Assembly (NCBI GenBank): GCA_051362555.1
Contig: CM120640.1
Location: 13,330,001 to 13,394,000, forward strand
Length of the DNA: 64,000 nt
DNA from: Lingula anatina
Taxonomy: Eukaryota > Animalia > Brachiopoda
Direction of reading: 5' to 3'
Below are positions 13,891 through 28,500 of the stretch, one piece after another. The position numbers and the translations under genes were made by a program. How positions within the stretch are numbered: the first letter of the stretch is position 1; each line of letters starts with the position of its first letter. Under the pieces are notes generated by a model. It made no database searches. It saw only the letters and a list, made by a program, of their open reading frames with translations, and was not told the origin of the DNA.

Positions 13891-16262
13891 GTGATTTCCA
13901 TTGGACTAAGTGGTCAGAGCTCTTGCGCGTTAATGCCTGCGACAGGAAAAAACAATTCTTTTCATTTCTATAATCATTTTTCTTTACTCCAGCGTGGAAT
14001 AATTACTGGAAAAACATATGCCACATCGACATAAAAAAGCGTTTTCTTTGAACAGGACTTTTTCATTAAATGACAACTTTTAATTGCATAGTATGTTCCT
14101 ATACCAGCCATTATAATTTCTGTAACTATCTACATTCAGCAATACAGAAATAGATTACACATTCATCATAGAAAAATCAACACCAGGACAGTGGAACTGA
14201 CACTGTTCATTAGGCAACTAAAGCGCTTTTTGTTTAAGGCACACGCTCGGATATTTTTAAGATGATCAAGGATGTCTGTCAAATGCTCTGCACTACATTT
14301 TGCAACTTTTTGCTGTGCCTGCAGAATACGTACTTAAAACGCATTTAGCAACACGAGGTGCATTCCACTTATTTTTGTTTCTCTTTTTACTGATGAAATC
14401 ACTACGCAACGGTTACGCAGTATATCATAGCTAGGGCTACTAAACTGGTGATTTTCAAAAATATGCACCACAAATAAATAAAGAAATTGCAGTTTAAACA
14501 ATGAGAATTACGTATATGTGGTATTATTTTTATTATTACTGAGTTCTACTCTCGTCCTGGTCGTGAATATGTCGCTTTACATCGAAATGTATGCATGCAG
14601 AAGAATTTTACTTGATGAATGATTTGAGGTACATGTTTGCGCGCCTAAAACAAATAACTTACGTTCCAGTTCGTGTACCCGTGCCACGGTTGGGAGGCTC
14701 TGTCCTGACCAATGTCACGCGGTTAACTCTGTTTTCCTACGCTATCATGCCTATGGCACCCGGGGCAGTGATATCGTCCCAGACGTTTCCTCTCAACCCT
14801 CGCTTATTTCATCAAAGCTTCTTACTAGCTGCGTTACAGTTTTGGTAAACCATCTCGCTGTGCAGAGAACGTCCTCAAACTGGTGTCTAATTCAACTAAT
14901 CTTAAACACGCACTCGTCACTTTTTATAGTCAGTATATTCAATGAATGTGCCAGGGTTAATTCGGACCGTGCGAACAATGATTGAACAACTGCTAAAATT
15001 GAGAAGTATCTTCGATTATTTTAGCTGCCGCGCCACTACTCTCCTGATCAAATGAATTCCTTTTAGTGAAGCGACGGAGAGCATGTTCGATCGAGATCAT
15101 TCGTTATACTATCAAAAGCCTTTGTGTGTTGCACAACAAATGCAATGAATAGACTTCTGTGTGAGATAAATGCGTCTATGTTTATGCATCCGTAGAATAA
15201 TAAAAATAACTTGTTAATGCAGTTTTTGTTCTAAATTTCATTTTTCTTAAGCTTAAACCTGAAATAACATACCCTGCATTATAGATGAACCAAGATTAGA
15301 TATTAGTGCCACATAGGTCAATACTAACACCCAGAGGTTTGCCTATCATCAACGACATGTATGATTATCATCAGTGTTATCGTCGTATTATATCTATCCT
15401 TCTTACAGGTTTCTTGCTTTTTGTCAGATTTAAATATTTCATTGAAAGTAATGCAGGCTTCCTGGTTAGGCTTTTCATTTTCAGCTCCCGTAACATCGAG
15501 TGCATCCCATCACTGCTACCGAACCGGAATGACTAAATTCGTTAGTACACTAGCCAAAAGATCTGTTGCTTCAAGTCATGAAAACAATCGTGGCCGAAGA
15601 AATACTCTGTGGCTCGACAGATTGAAATCATATAGCCTCGATAAGCCAACGTAATTTCTTACTGCTTTAATTAATATAGCTTGCTTTGGTATAAATTAAA
15701 ACATAAGGAAGACGTTTCGCCATATCTGTGGACGCAAACTCTCCGTCTTTATAGGGTCTTCATTTTTGTCTATACCATCTTGTACATTATTAATAACAAT
15801 GGTAGCTACACATTAAAACAAATAAAACTAAAGTTATTATTATTATTATATTATTTATATCTATACGCACACTTTAACGGGTAGTGTGGTCCGATCTACA
15901 TGTACTGGTAAATTCAGGATCATTCGGTGCCGAGTCTGGTAGTTGGGTAGGCCTGGTCTTTGTCTCTACTCCCTCTCCCTGTATATGAGTGTCGTTTTGC
16001 TGTTACAGTTGTGGTGTATGACGCAGGCACCAATCCAATCTCCATTCCATAGAAAAAATATTCCCAAATGTTTCGGAAAAGCCCTGTCCTCACGATAAAA
16101 TATTGTAAAAGTCACCTTTAAACCTTCCGCCCACCATGCAGTTACTCTGTCCTCGCCGTATTGTTTGAAAACAAATTTTCCATTCTCTTATTTTCATTTC
16201 AGTTATCATCAATTACATCACTCTGATACATTTCACATGTGCATGAAAATCACTTATTTATT

Positions 16263-17230
16263 CAGGGGTGGAAAGAAGGTCAGAATTTTTCAAGTTTACA
16301 TTAACGGGCATCTATTTTTTATTGGAAGACGGTCAAGATTTTTCAAGATTTCGTTACTGCTTTCCGTGACTTTCTACAGCCCCCTTTACACTGGACAGCG
16401 TCCTTTCAACGTCCCGTAGTACGGCTCCGTTTGAGAGTAAAAAAATGATACTTAACGTGCAGACAACTGGCCGATCATTGAGCAATCATTCTGTAATCGA
16501 AGCGACCCTGTGCCTCCTTACTATACGGCCACAGCAATGCAAGTTTCACCTATAACTTAAAGGATGCAGAAAGGACGCCGGTGAATGTAGATGTCATGAA
16601 ACTATAGTCGCCTCGAGTGGTTTAGATCAAATCAAAAGCTGACAGTCATCCAAATTAACTATCATCAGTTGACAAGCTTAATAATTGCTGATGCAATTCA
16701 AAGGACTGGTAGTTTATCAGAGGGTACGCTAAAGGTCGTACACAATGAACTTGTTAAATACGCACCGTCACACTCCCCAAGCCAGGTAATGCCAGGTAAC
16801 TCGACCTGTAAGATTCTTGGTAGGCTTTAATATTTTTTCAATATCTCCCCCTTATTTCATGGGGTAATATTATTGGTATTCTTTATTGAACTTTTGATAT
16901 CGATATTTAAAACAAGTGAATTCAAACACGGTCGCTAATATTCATGAAATAGATCGCTTTCAGTGTATCTTGAAGCAAGCACATGTCCAGGCATTAATTT
17001 TGAGGAAGAAGATGACAAAATTTGGTTGAGGAAAAACGCAAAAAATTAAAGAGCGGTAATATAAGAGGAGAAAGAAAAGATTCGGAAAAGCTCTAATAAA
17101 TGCTTCCTACATGTAATCCTAATTGTGTGTGTGTGAGCGTGTGCAAGGGTGGAGATGGGGCAGTGGAGGATGAGCCAACAAAGATAATTTGGAAGACTGG
17201 CAGAAAATATCTCTGGATCCGCCCTTAGCG
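16263..17230. repeat. Composite decayed DNA-transposon remnants
   Basis: Left half of the 36885 MITE family at 16263 and right end (ctggatccgccct) at ~17213-17225, with a second repeat starting agccccctttacactggac at 16378 in between. Confidence 0.6.
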
Positions 17231-17503
17231 GTTACTGCATTCATCACGCTCACCTGTGTGTGGTAGAACTAGACCTATATACATTTGTACCTGTGATTAT
17301 GTAAATCGCTGCGTCCCACAGAAATAAGAAAAGGGCATATTGGTTACTCAGTTTTAAAAATGTTGTGATATGTTTGTTGTGTTGCCCAACCGGACCCAGG
17401 CTTTGAGCTGAATTTGACAACACCAGATCTCTTATCTGTATTATTTTTGTTTTTCCAGATTTGAAAAATATGTTGTTTACACTATGTTATTTACGTATAT
17501 TTG

Positions 17504-17506
<3 letters not shown>

Positions 17507-17556
<50 letters not shown>
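17507..17556. repeat. (AT)n microsatellite
   Basis: Direct reading. Confidence 0.95.
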
Positions 17557-17561
<5 letters not shown>

Positions 17562-18201
17562 ATAACATTGATTGGTATAGATAACCTTTGAATAACACAA
17601 ATTTAAAGATTAATTATTTTTAAATGTATATATTAATTTTTAAGTATTAAAATACTTCTGGTCTTTCTTTTAAGGATAGCAACTCTTCGTATCAGATTCA
17701 TATTACACAATAAATACATTGTTAACAACTTAAAGAAATACAATAAATTCTTTTTAACCACCAAATGGCTGTCATCACATTTATTCTGGAATCTTTACTT
17801 GCCATCGGACCACGTTACCTCCATAGATGACTACCCTCTGTAATAATTTCTTAACCGATTATGACAAATAACCGAATTTTTTTAAAAAGAAAAGAAAAAA
17901 ACAGGGACTTATGGTGAATGTCGGAACGGATTCATTAACCATTGGTAAGTACGGGAAAATATTCGTTAACCCCAGGAAAATCCATTTTGGCCAAAATGAA
18001 CAGGTGTTATTCCTTCAATGTCTTTTGGGCCAAAAGAGGCAGTGTTGGTTAGTCGGATGTGGTTTCAAAAGTTAGAAAAAGAAACGAAGATTTAAAAAAT
18101 ATCATGAGCAATGTCTCTGGGGACATCTTTAGTTTAAACGACTTATGCAATGCATGTTCCTTGTTCAGGATGCAATGAACGCGTAAAACTAATACCTGTA
18201 A

Positions 18202-18665
18202 AGCCCCTTTACACTGGACGCCGTCGTTTCTGCTTTACTTGCCGACAACTGGCCGACCATTGAGCATTATTCTGCTTGTGTTTCGTTTCTACGACCACAA
18301 CGATGCCAGTTTCATGGTCGCACAAAGGACGCAGAAAGGTCGCTGTGTTCGTAGAAAGGATGTTTCGTCGGATGTTTGGTCCAGCATCCTTCAGGACAAG
18401 CTCTCCAATCGAACCAGCCACCAGCAACTTATTTTCCTTAGTGGCAAACACTGGATATATTTGACATTTGACTACAAGAATTTGCAAATAAGTAAGTCCA
18501 AGTAGTAAGTTTGAAAAAATATATATATGTGTTTGTGTGCATGTGTGTGCGCGCGTGAGTGTGTGTGTGTGTGAGCGCGTGCGGGGGTGGGGATGGGGAT
18601 GGAGGATAAGCCAACAAGATTATTTGGAAGGCTGTCAAAAATATCTCTGGATCCGCCCCTGGTTA
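18202..18665. repeat. Second copy of the same composite repeat
   Basis: agcccctttacactggac...gacaactggccgaccattgagca...gcagaaagg aligns to 16378-16575; the GT tract plus ...tctctggatccgcccctg aligns to 17125-17226. Confidence 0.65.
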
Positions 18666-19257
18666 CTACAGGGATTGCGTTTGCTGAATTGCGTCAAATG
18701 TGCTTGTCATAAAAGAGCGACCTAACGGTACTAATTGTTGTTTGACAATAATAACCATGTAAGGTCTCCAGTACGTGCAAAGGGAGTGGATTGTCCCTTA
18801 CTTTTCTGAAAGTTTAATTCGCTTAGTAAGAGATATTACATCAGGATTTTATTTATTCATTTACTTATTTATTTATTTTACAAATAGGTTTTATATCATC
18901 TAAAAATCAATTTATGCCATGATTAAGGCTTCAAATCTCGGCCACGATTTGTCGTTTGGCCATTTTTTGTGATGGTAGGCCTTCATTAATGTACTTGTAT
19001 GATATACGCGAACGTGTAGTTATTGATGCTCAGCATCAATCTATGTCACTTCTAACTATCTCAACGGTCAATCTGTTCTGTTTTGGCAAATCATTAAAGG
19101 AATAGCGTTAATGACGTCATTGTCCACTCCTTCCAAGAGTTTATTACACAAATATAGCCTTCATATCATACAGTTAACAACAGCCGCAGCATTCTTCTAG
19201 GAGTCCACTGATAGCCAGTCAGTCCATGCGTAGTGGCTTGTAAAACAGTGTGACTTG

Positions 19258-19455
19258 TCATACGCGGCACAGTTCAAGTTTTGAGGTTTGGAGTGGCATT
19301 CTGTCGTCATAGAGCGTGGGCGCTTGTAGAATAATGCCAAGAGTTCCAACTAAACACGCCGTTGTGAATATCCAAAGAAAAAGCCTGTCCAGCACCATTG
19401 CCACATAGCGCCAATCTTCTTTTACCTACAAAAATAAGCATCCCTATATGGGTAG

Positions 19456-19500
<45 letters not shown>

Positions 19501-22500
19501 AATTTCATGCACATACATTGTAACTCCTTATAATTCCTTTTAATAAAATTACCAAAGTTAAATAATCAATCGATCAGTCTTATATTTCAATGTTAAAGTG
19601 TATTTAATCAAGTATTACATGTCAAGGTTCACCTAAACGTAATTTGAATTTTAGTGTATGGCCTCTTTATTATAAAATAATACTAATGAATTTGAATGTT
19701 TGTGCGAAATCACAACGGCGACTTTGAAGTAAAGCCATTTTTAAAATGCTGAAATCATAAAAAAATACTTACCCTTTATCTGGCCCATAGAAAAATCAAA
19801 CATTTAGTTCACACAAACGAAATACAAAAACAAATTCTTCACTGCAAAACGCTACTTTGAAATAAAAAGCTGTTTGATCAACAAAATAAAAGGAAACCCG
19901 CAGTTAGCGTAAAATGAAAAGAAATAAGATTACAAATGTTCAGGGGAATATCTATTTAAACGATTACCGGTTGGTGCGATGAAATGATCCCTGAAGCACA
20001 AGGGTTATTATTTATACAGCAAATGCGCAAAAATAGATATAAAAAGAACACAATATTTCTCAACCTCGGTGTGGAGACTGAAATCAAATACATGTAGGAA
20101 AAACAGTAAATAAATTGTTATTTTCATACATGGATGTAAAAGGCACGCAGAAAAAACACTAGCACTGTTAGAGCTAGGTAGCTGCTACAGTATCACACGA
20201 AGCACGCGATGTATTGTTTTCCTTTTCTTTGAACTCACCATATCTTCAAGATCTTCGCTTTTCAAATGGTCGGAGATGAATGCAACCCCTTCCAGCGCCC
20301 TCCGGACCTCTGAAGAATACTTTCGGTTCTTCAAAACGGAATTTCTGTCATCTTGTCCACGAAGGAGACTTTCTTCTCGACTGTGGCGCCTGTCGCCGAA
20401 GATTTCCCGTACCTCTACACCATTGCAAGTTCGCACCATCACCTTTGGCGTCTTTTCCCCTTCCGGCGTGGGCCGCCGCATCATCAGCAATCTCGGTAGA
20501 ATCTGGAGGAAAACCTTCTTAACCCAAGGTGACATCACGTGCGTAGATGGACTTCGGAAGTGGACATTCAGCACCACGACCGTCACGATAATTGAAAGTG
20601 ACACCAAGATCATAGTGAAGAGCAGATACTTGCCGATGAGTGGAACAACTAGTGACGTTGGTGGAATCAGGTCGGCCAATAGCAAGAAAAACACAGTGAG
20701 TGAAAGCAGAATGGAGATACACAAAGTAATCTTCTCGCCGCTGTCTGATGGGAGGTAGAATGTCAAAACAGTAAGGAAAGAAATAGCCACACAGGGGATT
20801 ATCAGATTAACAGTGTAGAAAAGAGTTTTTCTACGCAGAGTGACATTAAAAGTAATAAAAGGGTGGGGCTCGGGTTTGGAATTGTAGTATTTTGCCTTTC
20901 GCTTGGCTGGAACGTCTAAGAGGTCCCATTCCACGCTGCGAGAGTAGTCTTTGAGGTCTATTCCGTACCCAGTGGAAAACTCTTCACGATGACCATCAAG
21001 CTCACATATGTGTTTTAAATCCACTTGCAGGCCATCGTATGTCCATGACCCAAACTTCATAGTGCAGGTCTGCTCATCAAATGGGAAAAATTCGACATTT
21101 ATTGGGCAAGCACTCTTGTATATAGCTGGTGGCTCCCATTCCACTCTCCCAGTTGGGTACACAGTGGCTTTCGTCAACAAAGTCACCTCATAATTTCCGT
21201 CCGCGCTGAAAATTGTAATTGACAACTAAATTGATAAATTTAAGAATTTTGTCATTCTATGGTTATAATCCCTAAGCTAGCTCTCAGCCCGCAAATAGAC
21301 AATAAAACATAAATGAAACAAACCCCATGCAGAAAGGGAGTTAGTGAACATAAAAAAGCAACAAATGATCGGTACCACAGGTACTAAGCTTACTACTAAA
21401 AAAACGTGAATTATGCATGCTGGAACATTAAAAAACAATTATTTTTTAAAGAATCCCATGGAAAATTTGAAGGATGTATCCCCTAAAATATAAAAGCAAC
21501 CACAGATGAAAAGATTAGCAGTCCATGCATCGTGGAAAGGTCAAGTGCTTTAATTCCCGTCTCCGCCAGGTTACATCATAGATATTTTTTTTCCAAGATG
21601 GTACACATTAATATGTATATATATCCTTTCTGACTACCTGGATATACCGCTAGGAAAGAGGTTTATCTAGATACAGCTGTAAGATGAATTTTCTTAAATT
21701 AGAGACTAAATAACATCAGTCAAACACGACGTTTCGGTCCACCACCCACGGAAATTAATCACGATTTTTTGCCAGAATACGACGCTCAGTAAACAGGATG
21801 CTACCGTAAACCCTCGGGAGTAGATCCTGGTCGCAGTGAGTGGGAGTTGGGGGGGGGGGGTCTAATAAAAAAAAGCATTTCGTACCAATCTTCGTCTTTC
21901 ACAAGTATCGAAGCATGTTTTTCAACTGACAGTATGGTTGCAGGTCTTAAGATGTTGGCTGATGCCCGTAGGAATGTCTGATTTAACAACGCATCCCAAA
22001 TGTTTAAATGTTCTTTTCGTACCCCTGTAATGGTTTTTGATCACCTGTGATTTATATACCACGATTGTCGTTGGATTGGAGTACGGTCTTTAAGTTTTAC
22101 GAGTTGTTGTCTCAAGGTGTTTAGAGCTGCTGATTCTGCGCGAAATCAACATTCACAAGGTCCAAAGGTGGCGGACAGAAATGTCGTGTTCGACTGATGT
22201 TATTTAGTCTCTAAGTTAAGAATAATTCTGTTTTATCAATTTACCGATTGTGACATAAATAAGGCAATGGTCATATAAGAACATTAAAGTTACGGAACAT
22301 ACATGCATTTGGTATACACCAGATACTGACATGCGTATGACGCACGGGTAAGGTGAACAGGCGTGACTCCTGTACGCACAAATCGTACTTAAGTTGTGTG
22401 CAATTACATGTATCATTGCTCATGTCAGCATGTGGGTTAGAAACAGGCAATAGTTAAAATTTCCACAAACTGTGTTTGTTTCAATCCAATCTTTCAATAC

Positions 22501-25500
22501 GTGCTGGCATATTGTAGTTTTAGTAAAGCAAGAAAGACAAATATGAGGTGCCATTCGTGCAGCTAAATAATAATAATAATGATGAACAGACAGATCGTGT
22601 TTTCCTATACACCAAAGTGTAATAGAATGCCCGAAAGAAGACCAAATGGTCAACATCTACATGTATATATTCTATGACGCTACATGATTGAGGCACACGT
22701 ATTCTCTCAGGTGGCGCATGCATGTAAGAAGTCAGCGAAGCTGAGCGATTACGTCGTATATCTCCACTCTGCTGATACTCTCAACATCCTTAGCAGTTGT
22801 TAATTATAATATTTACACTCCTACGATGAGATAAGATGTTACCCATGCATCAAAAGATGCATATATATACTAGTACATTTGTACAGGGGATATGAATGTT
22901 AAAGTAAGCCACTCCTGCATAAATCGCTGAAAAAGCGTAGAGCCTGAAACGAGAGCTTAAACCAGTTTATTAGTAGCAGTGATTCACACGCGCGCGCGCA
23001 CACACGCACACACACACACACAAACTTAATACGGATTTCAAACAACAGCACTTGATTAGCTCTGATTTCTGTGAACTCATACATGTACACAGTAATATAA
23101 ATCAAAGCAAATCTAAGCTGTTTATTGCGGTTCGTTTGCAGCTGCATGCTCCTCTTTAGATAGCTGCACACAACGTTAGTGATGTCATTGATTTGGAACA
23201 TCTAAATGTCGACCCCATATTTAATATTTGTATTTCTACATGTGGCAAATGTTACATTTCTAGTTATGATGCGGTTTGAATAAACCTATTTCAATAAATA
23301 AGTATAGGCATTCCATTCCAAAGTATCAAAATATCACTCATTACTTAAAACGGTTATTCAAAAGAAAAAATTAAACATAAGCGAAGTGGCGATGGATAGC
23401 CCCATTGTGTTTTATTTTTTTCATAACTTACTTATTATACAGCACCACGTCGGGTTTCCATAGTTGTTCTGCAGGAACATATAGGACATCAATATTGCCG
23501 TAATCTTTGGGATCCCAGCGTAAACTGAGGTCTTCCCACTCCTAAGGAACAATTAATGTGATTGCTATATTATGCATGTTCAAATGAGCGCAATTACTGC
23601 TAAGGTTTGATTAGACTGAAAGTAAAGTAAGAAGCTTTTGATGGACCTAGAGAGAGGAAACATTTTATAAAATTCATAGCTAAAATTCTGGTTCAAGCTC
23701 ACGGTCTCAAGGAGAAATATAAAACAACTCCTGACAGCAAATCCGAAGATTTCCTTTGTGTGTTATTCATTATAGCATTGTGAAATTTGTTACAATAATA
23801 TATGAAAAAATGTTGAGTTTAAGAGTAAATAGATAAGCCCTATAATTTGGAACAAAATATAGCATTTTAATCTAATTGTTATATCTAGGAAACTAAATAC
23901 TTAAAATATTTGTCACAAAAAATACCCTGTGCGTCCAGGGTGTCCTGACCCATTTCAAACCCATGAATCAGACCAGACCATGTAGTCAGTGCATTTATTT
24001 ATACAGTTATATTCATCATGCGATTTCACACACATACCAGTACGTTAGGTTGCGTATCCATATTATTACCCAATACAGATTGTCAGTTGCCAACTCCAGA
24101 ATAGATCACATTTGGCATAAGCAGACAGTTAAATGTATATTATTTTATTTTTGTAGGCGAGAAGATGTGAGATGATGAAGGTAAGGTAGCTAAGTACGGG
24201 GAGAAGAATGATTTGCAGCACGGAAAACAATGATACGCATTCTTGTGCCGGTGTTATGCTGGCCACGAAACGGGGCATTTAATGAAATACTGAAGTGATA
24301 ACCTTTGAATCTTGTTTCATATTAACATTTACTACTGGTTCCAATTTCAAACAATTGGAGCAATGCTTTGCCAGATGGAATCTTCCTTCAAATGAGTTCA
24401 ATATTTTTTTTTCTTTTTTCAAACGGTATGTGTTAAATGTGTGAATCCAATAAAACTTTCCTTTCTATTGTAATTTGAAAGCTGCACTTACGTGTGTAAG
24501 CCAAACATTTGTGGTCATAATCTGATTCTTCTCATCCTATAAAAGAAAAATGGTTCAATGCACAGACATTTACATGAAAGTCAATTTTTTACAACAGTTT
24601 GGCAGAAAGCAGTCCTTTTAAGCATCAACAAAATAATGATTTTATCAATTGCTTATATTTCTATTTATTTTACTACAACATGGTTTTCTTCAGATATCTA
24701 CAAACATATACATGTATGGTATTTGATATATAATAGGTAATGAAAAATCGTGATTGCAAAGACACCCAATTAAGAAAACGTGGAGCACCATTCTTCACAT
24801 TCATGTAAATAAAACTTATTATAAAATCATTGCCAACATGCTTGGACCAGATGCTGGACTAAATACACGGGTGAATTGAAACGGCACTCTCTTTGCACTG
24901 CGCCGCACTGCACTGCACTACACTGACCGCTATTCTCACACTTACCACATCGATAAGCTGTGTCAGTCGAAGGCCCAGTTTGACTGTGAGGTTGTTATTA
25001 TTGTCACTGACAGGACGAATCAGTTTATTGTAGCCTCTTTTTTCAAGTAAATCTCTGTAAAGTCTTTTGGCATCGACTGTCCCCTCGCATACTAAAATTA
25101 AGAGTTAATAGCTTGCAAACAATATTCACAAAAAAAGTAACATATATATAATCAATCATTTGCAGCAAAGAGACCGTCAAGTACCGCCATCTATCAGCAA
25201 AAATCCCCATATTTATGCAAATACATTCTGTTTGTCAGCGAGTTTTATCAAAAAAATGTTATCTATACAATACAACCAGCACGCACTGTAGTAACAGAAT
25301 AGCAGAGGATTTAATAATGGATTTTCAGAATCTCGGTGCCTAGAATTGCATCATTCAGCATAGCTGCAATATAGCAGCTCTCTCTTGTAAATCGATTGCA
25401 GTGTTTTTCAAAAGACCCTAACTTAATCATGTCAGTATCTATTAATGCATCGGTAAAAGAAGCACGTCGCTGAATACGTTACTATCTAAGTCCTTTCAAC

Positions 25501-28500
25501 AGATCAACTGTTACAACATTATCGAAAAAGGCATTTTAAGAACCTTCAAGAATCTTCATCCCCAATGTGTTTAATAACATTTTATTTACACTTTGAAAGG
25601 GTTTTTGTGGAGGCCCTTGTATCTTTTTTCTCTTTTCAAAATACGAGCTCTTTAATCAGGCGAAGCACTCTCTTGGTCGACAGGAGCTCGTAAAAAGATA
25701 CGGAAAACATCCTTCCCCCCTTGCAGCCAATTTGGTGGTTAATTGGCATTGGCACGGAGTGGTTTGCTCTCAGCGTTCGCTGCTTCTATCCAATTGATCT
25801 AACATAAACCGAATACGCGACTGATCAACACTCCTAATTAGATTACAAGCCTGGTTTCAATCTGCAGCGGTTAATGCCAATAAATTCCGCAATTGGAAAC
25901 TCTCCGCTGCAGGGAAACGTTAATAAGAGTTTCATCTTAAAAGTGTTCTTTGCACTGTGTTAAAAAGGACAGTTGTAAATTGAACTTATGAAACTTTGTT
26001 TAAATATTTGGACAGACAGGCTGTGTTTCTAAGCACACATTTCTTCACTTTAGCCAAGTGATCGCATAAGGTTACTTGTCTTCCTTCAAAATCTCAACTT
26101 GCGTAAAAATGTAATTGTAAGCGAGGACGAGTTAGTAGTTGTTACATTACTGTAAAAAAGACGCTGCGTACCCGTGTACAACGGTACCGGTACAGGTTAC
26201 CCCAAAAGAAAACGGGAAGATGTACGACATCGACAATCCTGCATAATGCCTTTTTATTATAATATTTGTAGAGATATCTAAGAAGCCCCGCCATTTCGTC
26301 AGATCTGCCGGCGGTCCGTGACTTTTTGTGACAATGAAGACAGACTAGACAAGTGTGCAGCTTCCGTCTAGCTGCCTTTCTCGTAAGACTATGTCCACGG
26401 TCATATCATATCCCCACCGGGAATAGACTGCTTTTATCACTTCGATCTCGACTACTTCGGAATAGCTCACTTTTCCCGTCCCATTTTGTCGACAAATGAT
26501 AAATAGCGTTCCACCATGAATGGTTTTATTGATTTAACAATAGCAGTTCCGGTACTTCAAGGGATTATTGGAAATCCCTTCTCGAACCTGTCATTAATCA
26601 ACAATCCTTAAATGCGTACTATTAATTGTTATAGGTTAAAACCCCTTTAAAGATTTTAAAATTAATACAGGCATGTTTTAGATTTATGAAAAAAATTATT
26701 GGGTATTGTGTTATCATTGTAGTTTAAAAGCCCTACCTGTAAGCAAAATAAAAGGGACTTATTGTTATTTCATGCTTCAGAGGATATCCTTGCTGTTTGT
26801 TTCACTAAAGCGCTATAAGCTGGCATTAGAGACTGGTTTAAAGAGATTAATGGCTATCAAGTTTTTAGGGGAGCAGGATACTTTTGTCATAATGAGTATT
26901 AACGTACATAACCATTTTAAATTCTAAATTTCCTAGAGAAATGAGCACCTTTTCACACCTTCTTTCAAAAGACAACTACGAATATTGTCTTTCACGAAGG
27001 TTCCTGTCATCACGTCTGCAGGAACCTCCGCGATGCCCGTATTTCTCGTCAGAACATGTGTCCAGGTGATGCGTAGCACGAACTTTTTAGGAAAGAAATA
27101 CAGTGGCAGCATTTTCCTGTGGATAGAACGCTACGGGGTACAAGGTAAACAGTAAAGTCTAAGGGGCGATGATAAATCACGCGCTACATTTTTACAGACA
27201 AATCATGCTTCTTGATTGGTATCAATATCCCGCTCCCCAGGTATCCCAACAAGATACAGCTAACTGCACTGTTCCAAAGTTCAGCAAGGTAAGCTGCAGC
27301 CTGCTGGTATGCCAAAGTTCAGCGCGCGAAGTGATGAGTCGTCTGCGTTTAAGTCTGGCAGTTTGCGCACTGAATACCAAAGAAAAAAAATGAGTACCCA
27401 AAATAAATCAATTCCGTGAAGAACTTGGATCGGTATCAACCAAATGAAAGATACTGTTAGTTTCTCTATGCTGTGTGCTGTTTAGAAAGAAAGTGACTGG
27501 ACTAGTTAATTGTATGAGTGTGTCCATGTGCACGTAAACTAAAGATAAGAACTCTCACTTCCCAAAATACACAGCTCAAGTACTGACGGTAGATGTACCA
27601 GTTATCGCCAGCTTTCGTGAAACAACAGTGCTTGCTTAAAGATCAACTTGAAGTGTTTATGTTATATTAACATACATTTGGCCATCATCTGGGTTTACTA
27701 TCTATACAACAAACACGTTCATTCTGGCAATAAAAATACATTAAAAATAAGTTAGAAACAAAATAACTATAATCGCACATTACGCACGTCTGTTAAGAAG
27801 TGGCATATTTCAAAATTTTGTTAAAATGCAACTTTTCTATTTGTTCTTTGTTTACTTATCTTATTCGGTCTGTTAACTTTCGTCTTGTGGGGCCAAACCG
27901 AAAATGATCGACGGCTGCTTTGTACTGGATGATTTTTAGTCTAGCTGCTAAGGCAGTCCCACAGGTTACATATGTATTTTGATCTCAGTGCTGTCCGTCT
28001 GCACTGCTAGGTTTTATATTTATGTTTTATTAAAATAATTGTGTGTATCTTTTCAAGCGTTTAGATGAAAAATTGAGTGCACAATGAAAATTAAAAGCCC
28101 TAAACTTATCAACTCCGACTTTTTCTATACTTCTGTACTTTTACTCAAACATCGCATTTCCAGTGGGTTTCAGTGTTCAATTGCATAATGATTTAACGAT
28201 CGAACTTAAGAGAAGATTAAAGATTTCTCGACATTACTTAAATCTATCCGACGGTGCCTTGAACGGAATTTCAATCACTTTTTTGCATTTGTTATAGAAG
28301 TTGAAAATGGACACCAATAGCCACCAGAAAAAATAAACACCAGTCAGATATATCTTCATGAATAATAAATAGGGATGTAACCGGTCATGCATATCATTTA
28401 AGGGCATAGATTTATATTTCCCCGATGCCATTAACTACGTAAGGCCTGACGTAGGGATTATAAAACATAATTACTGCCACAGCTAGTGTTATAGATGTTT

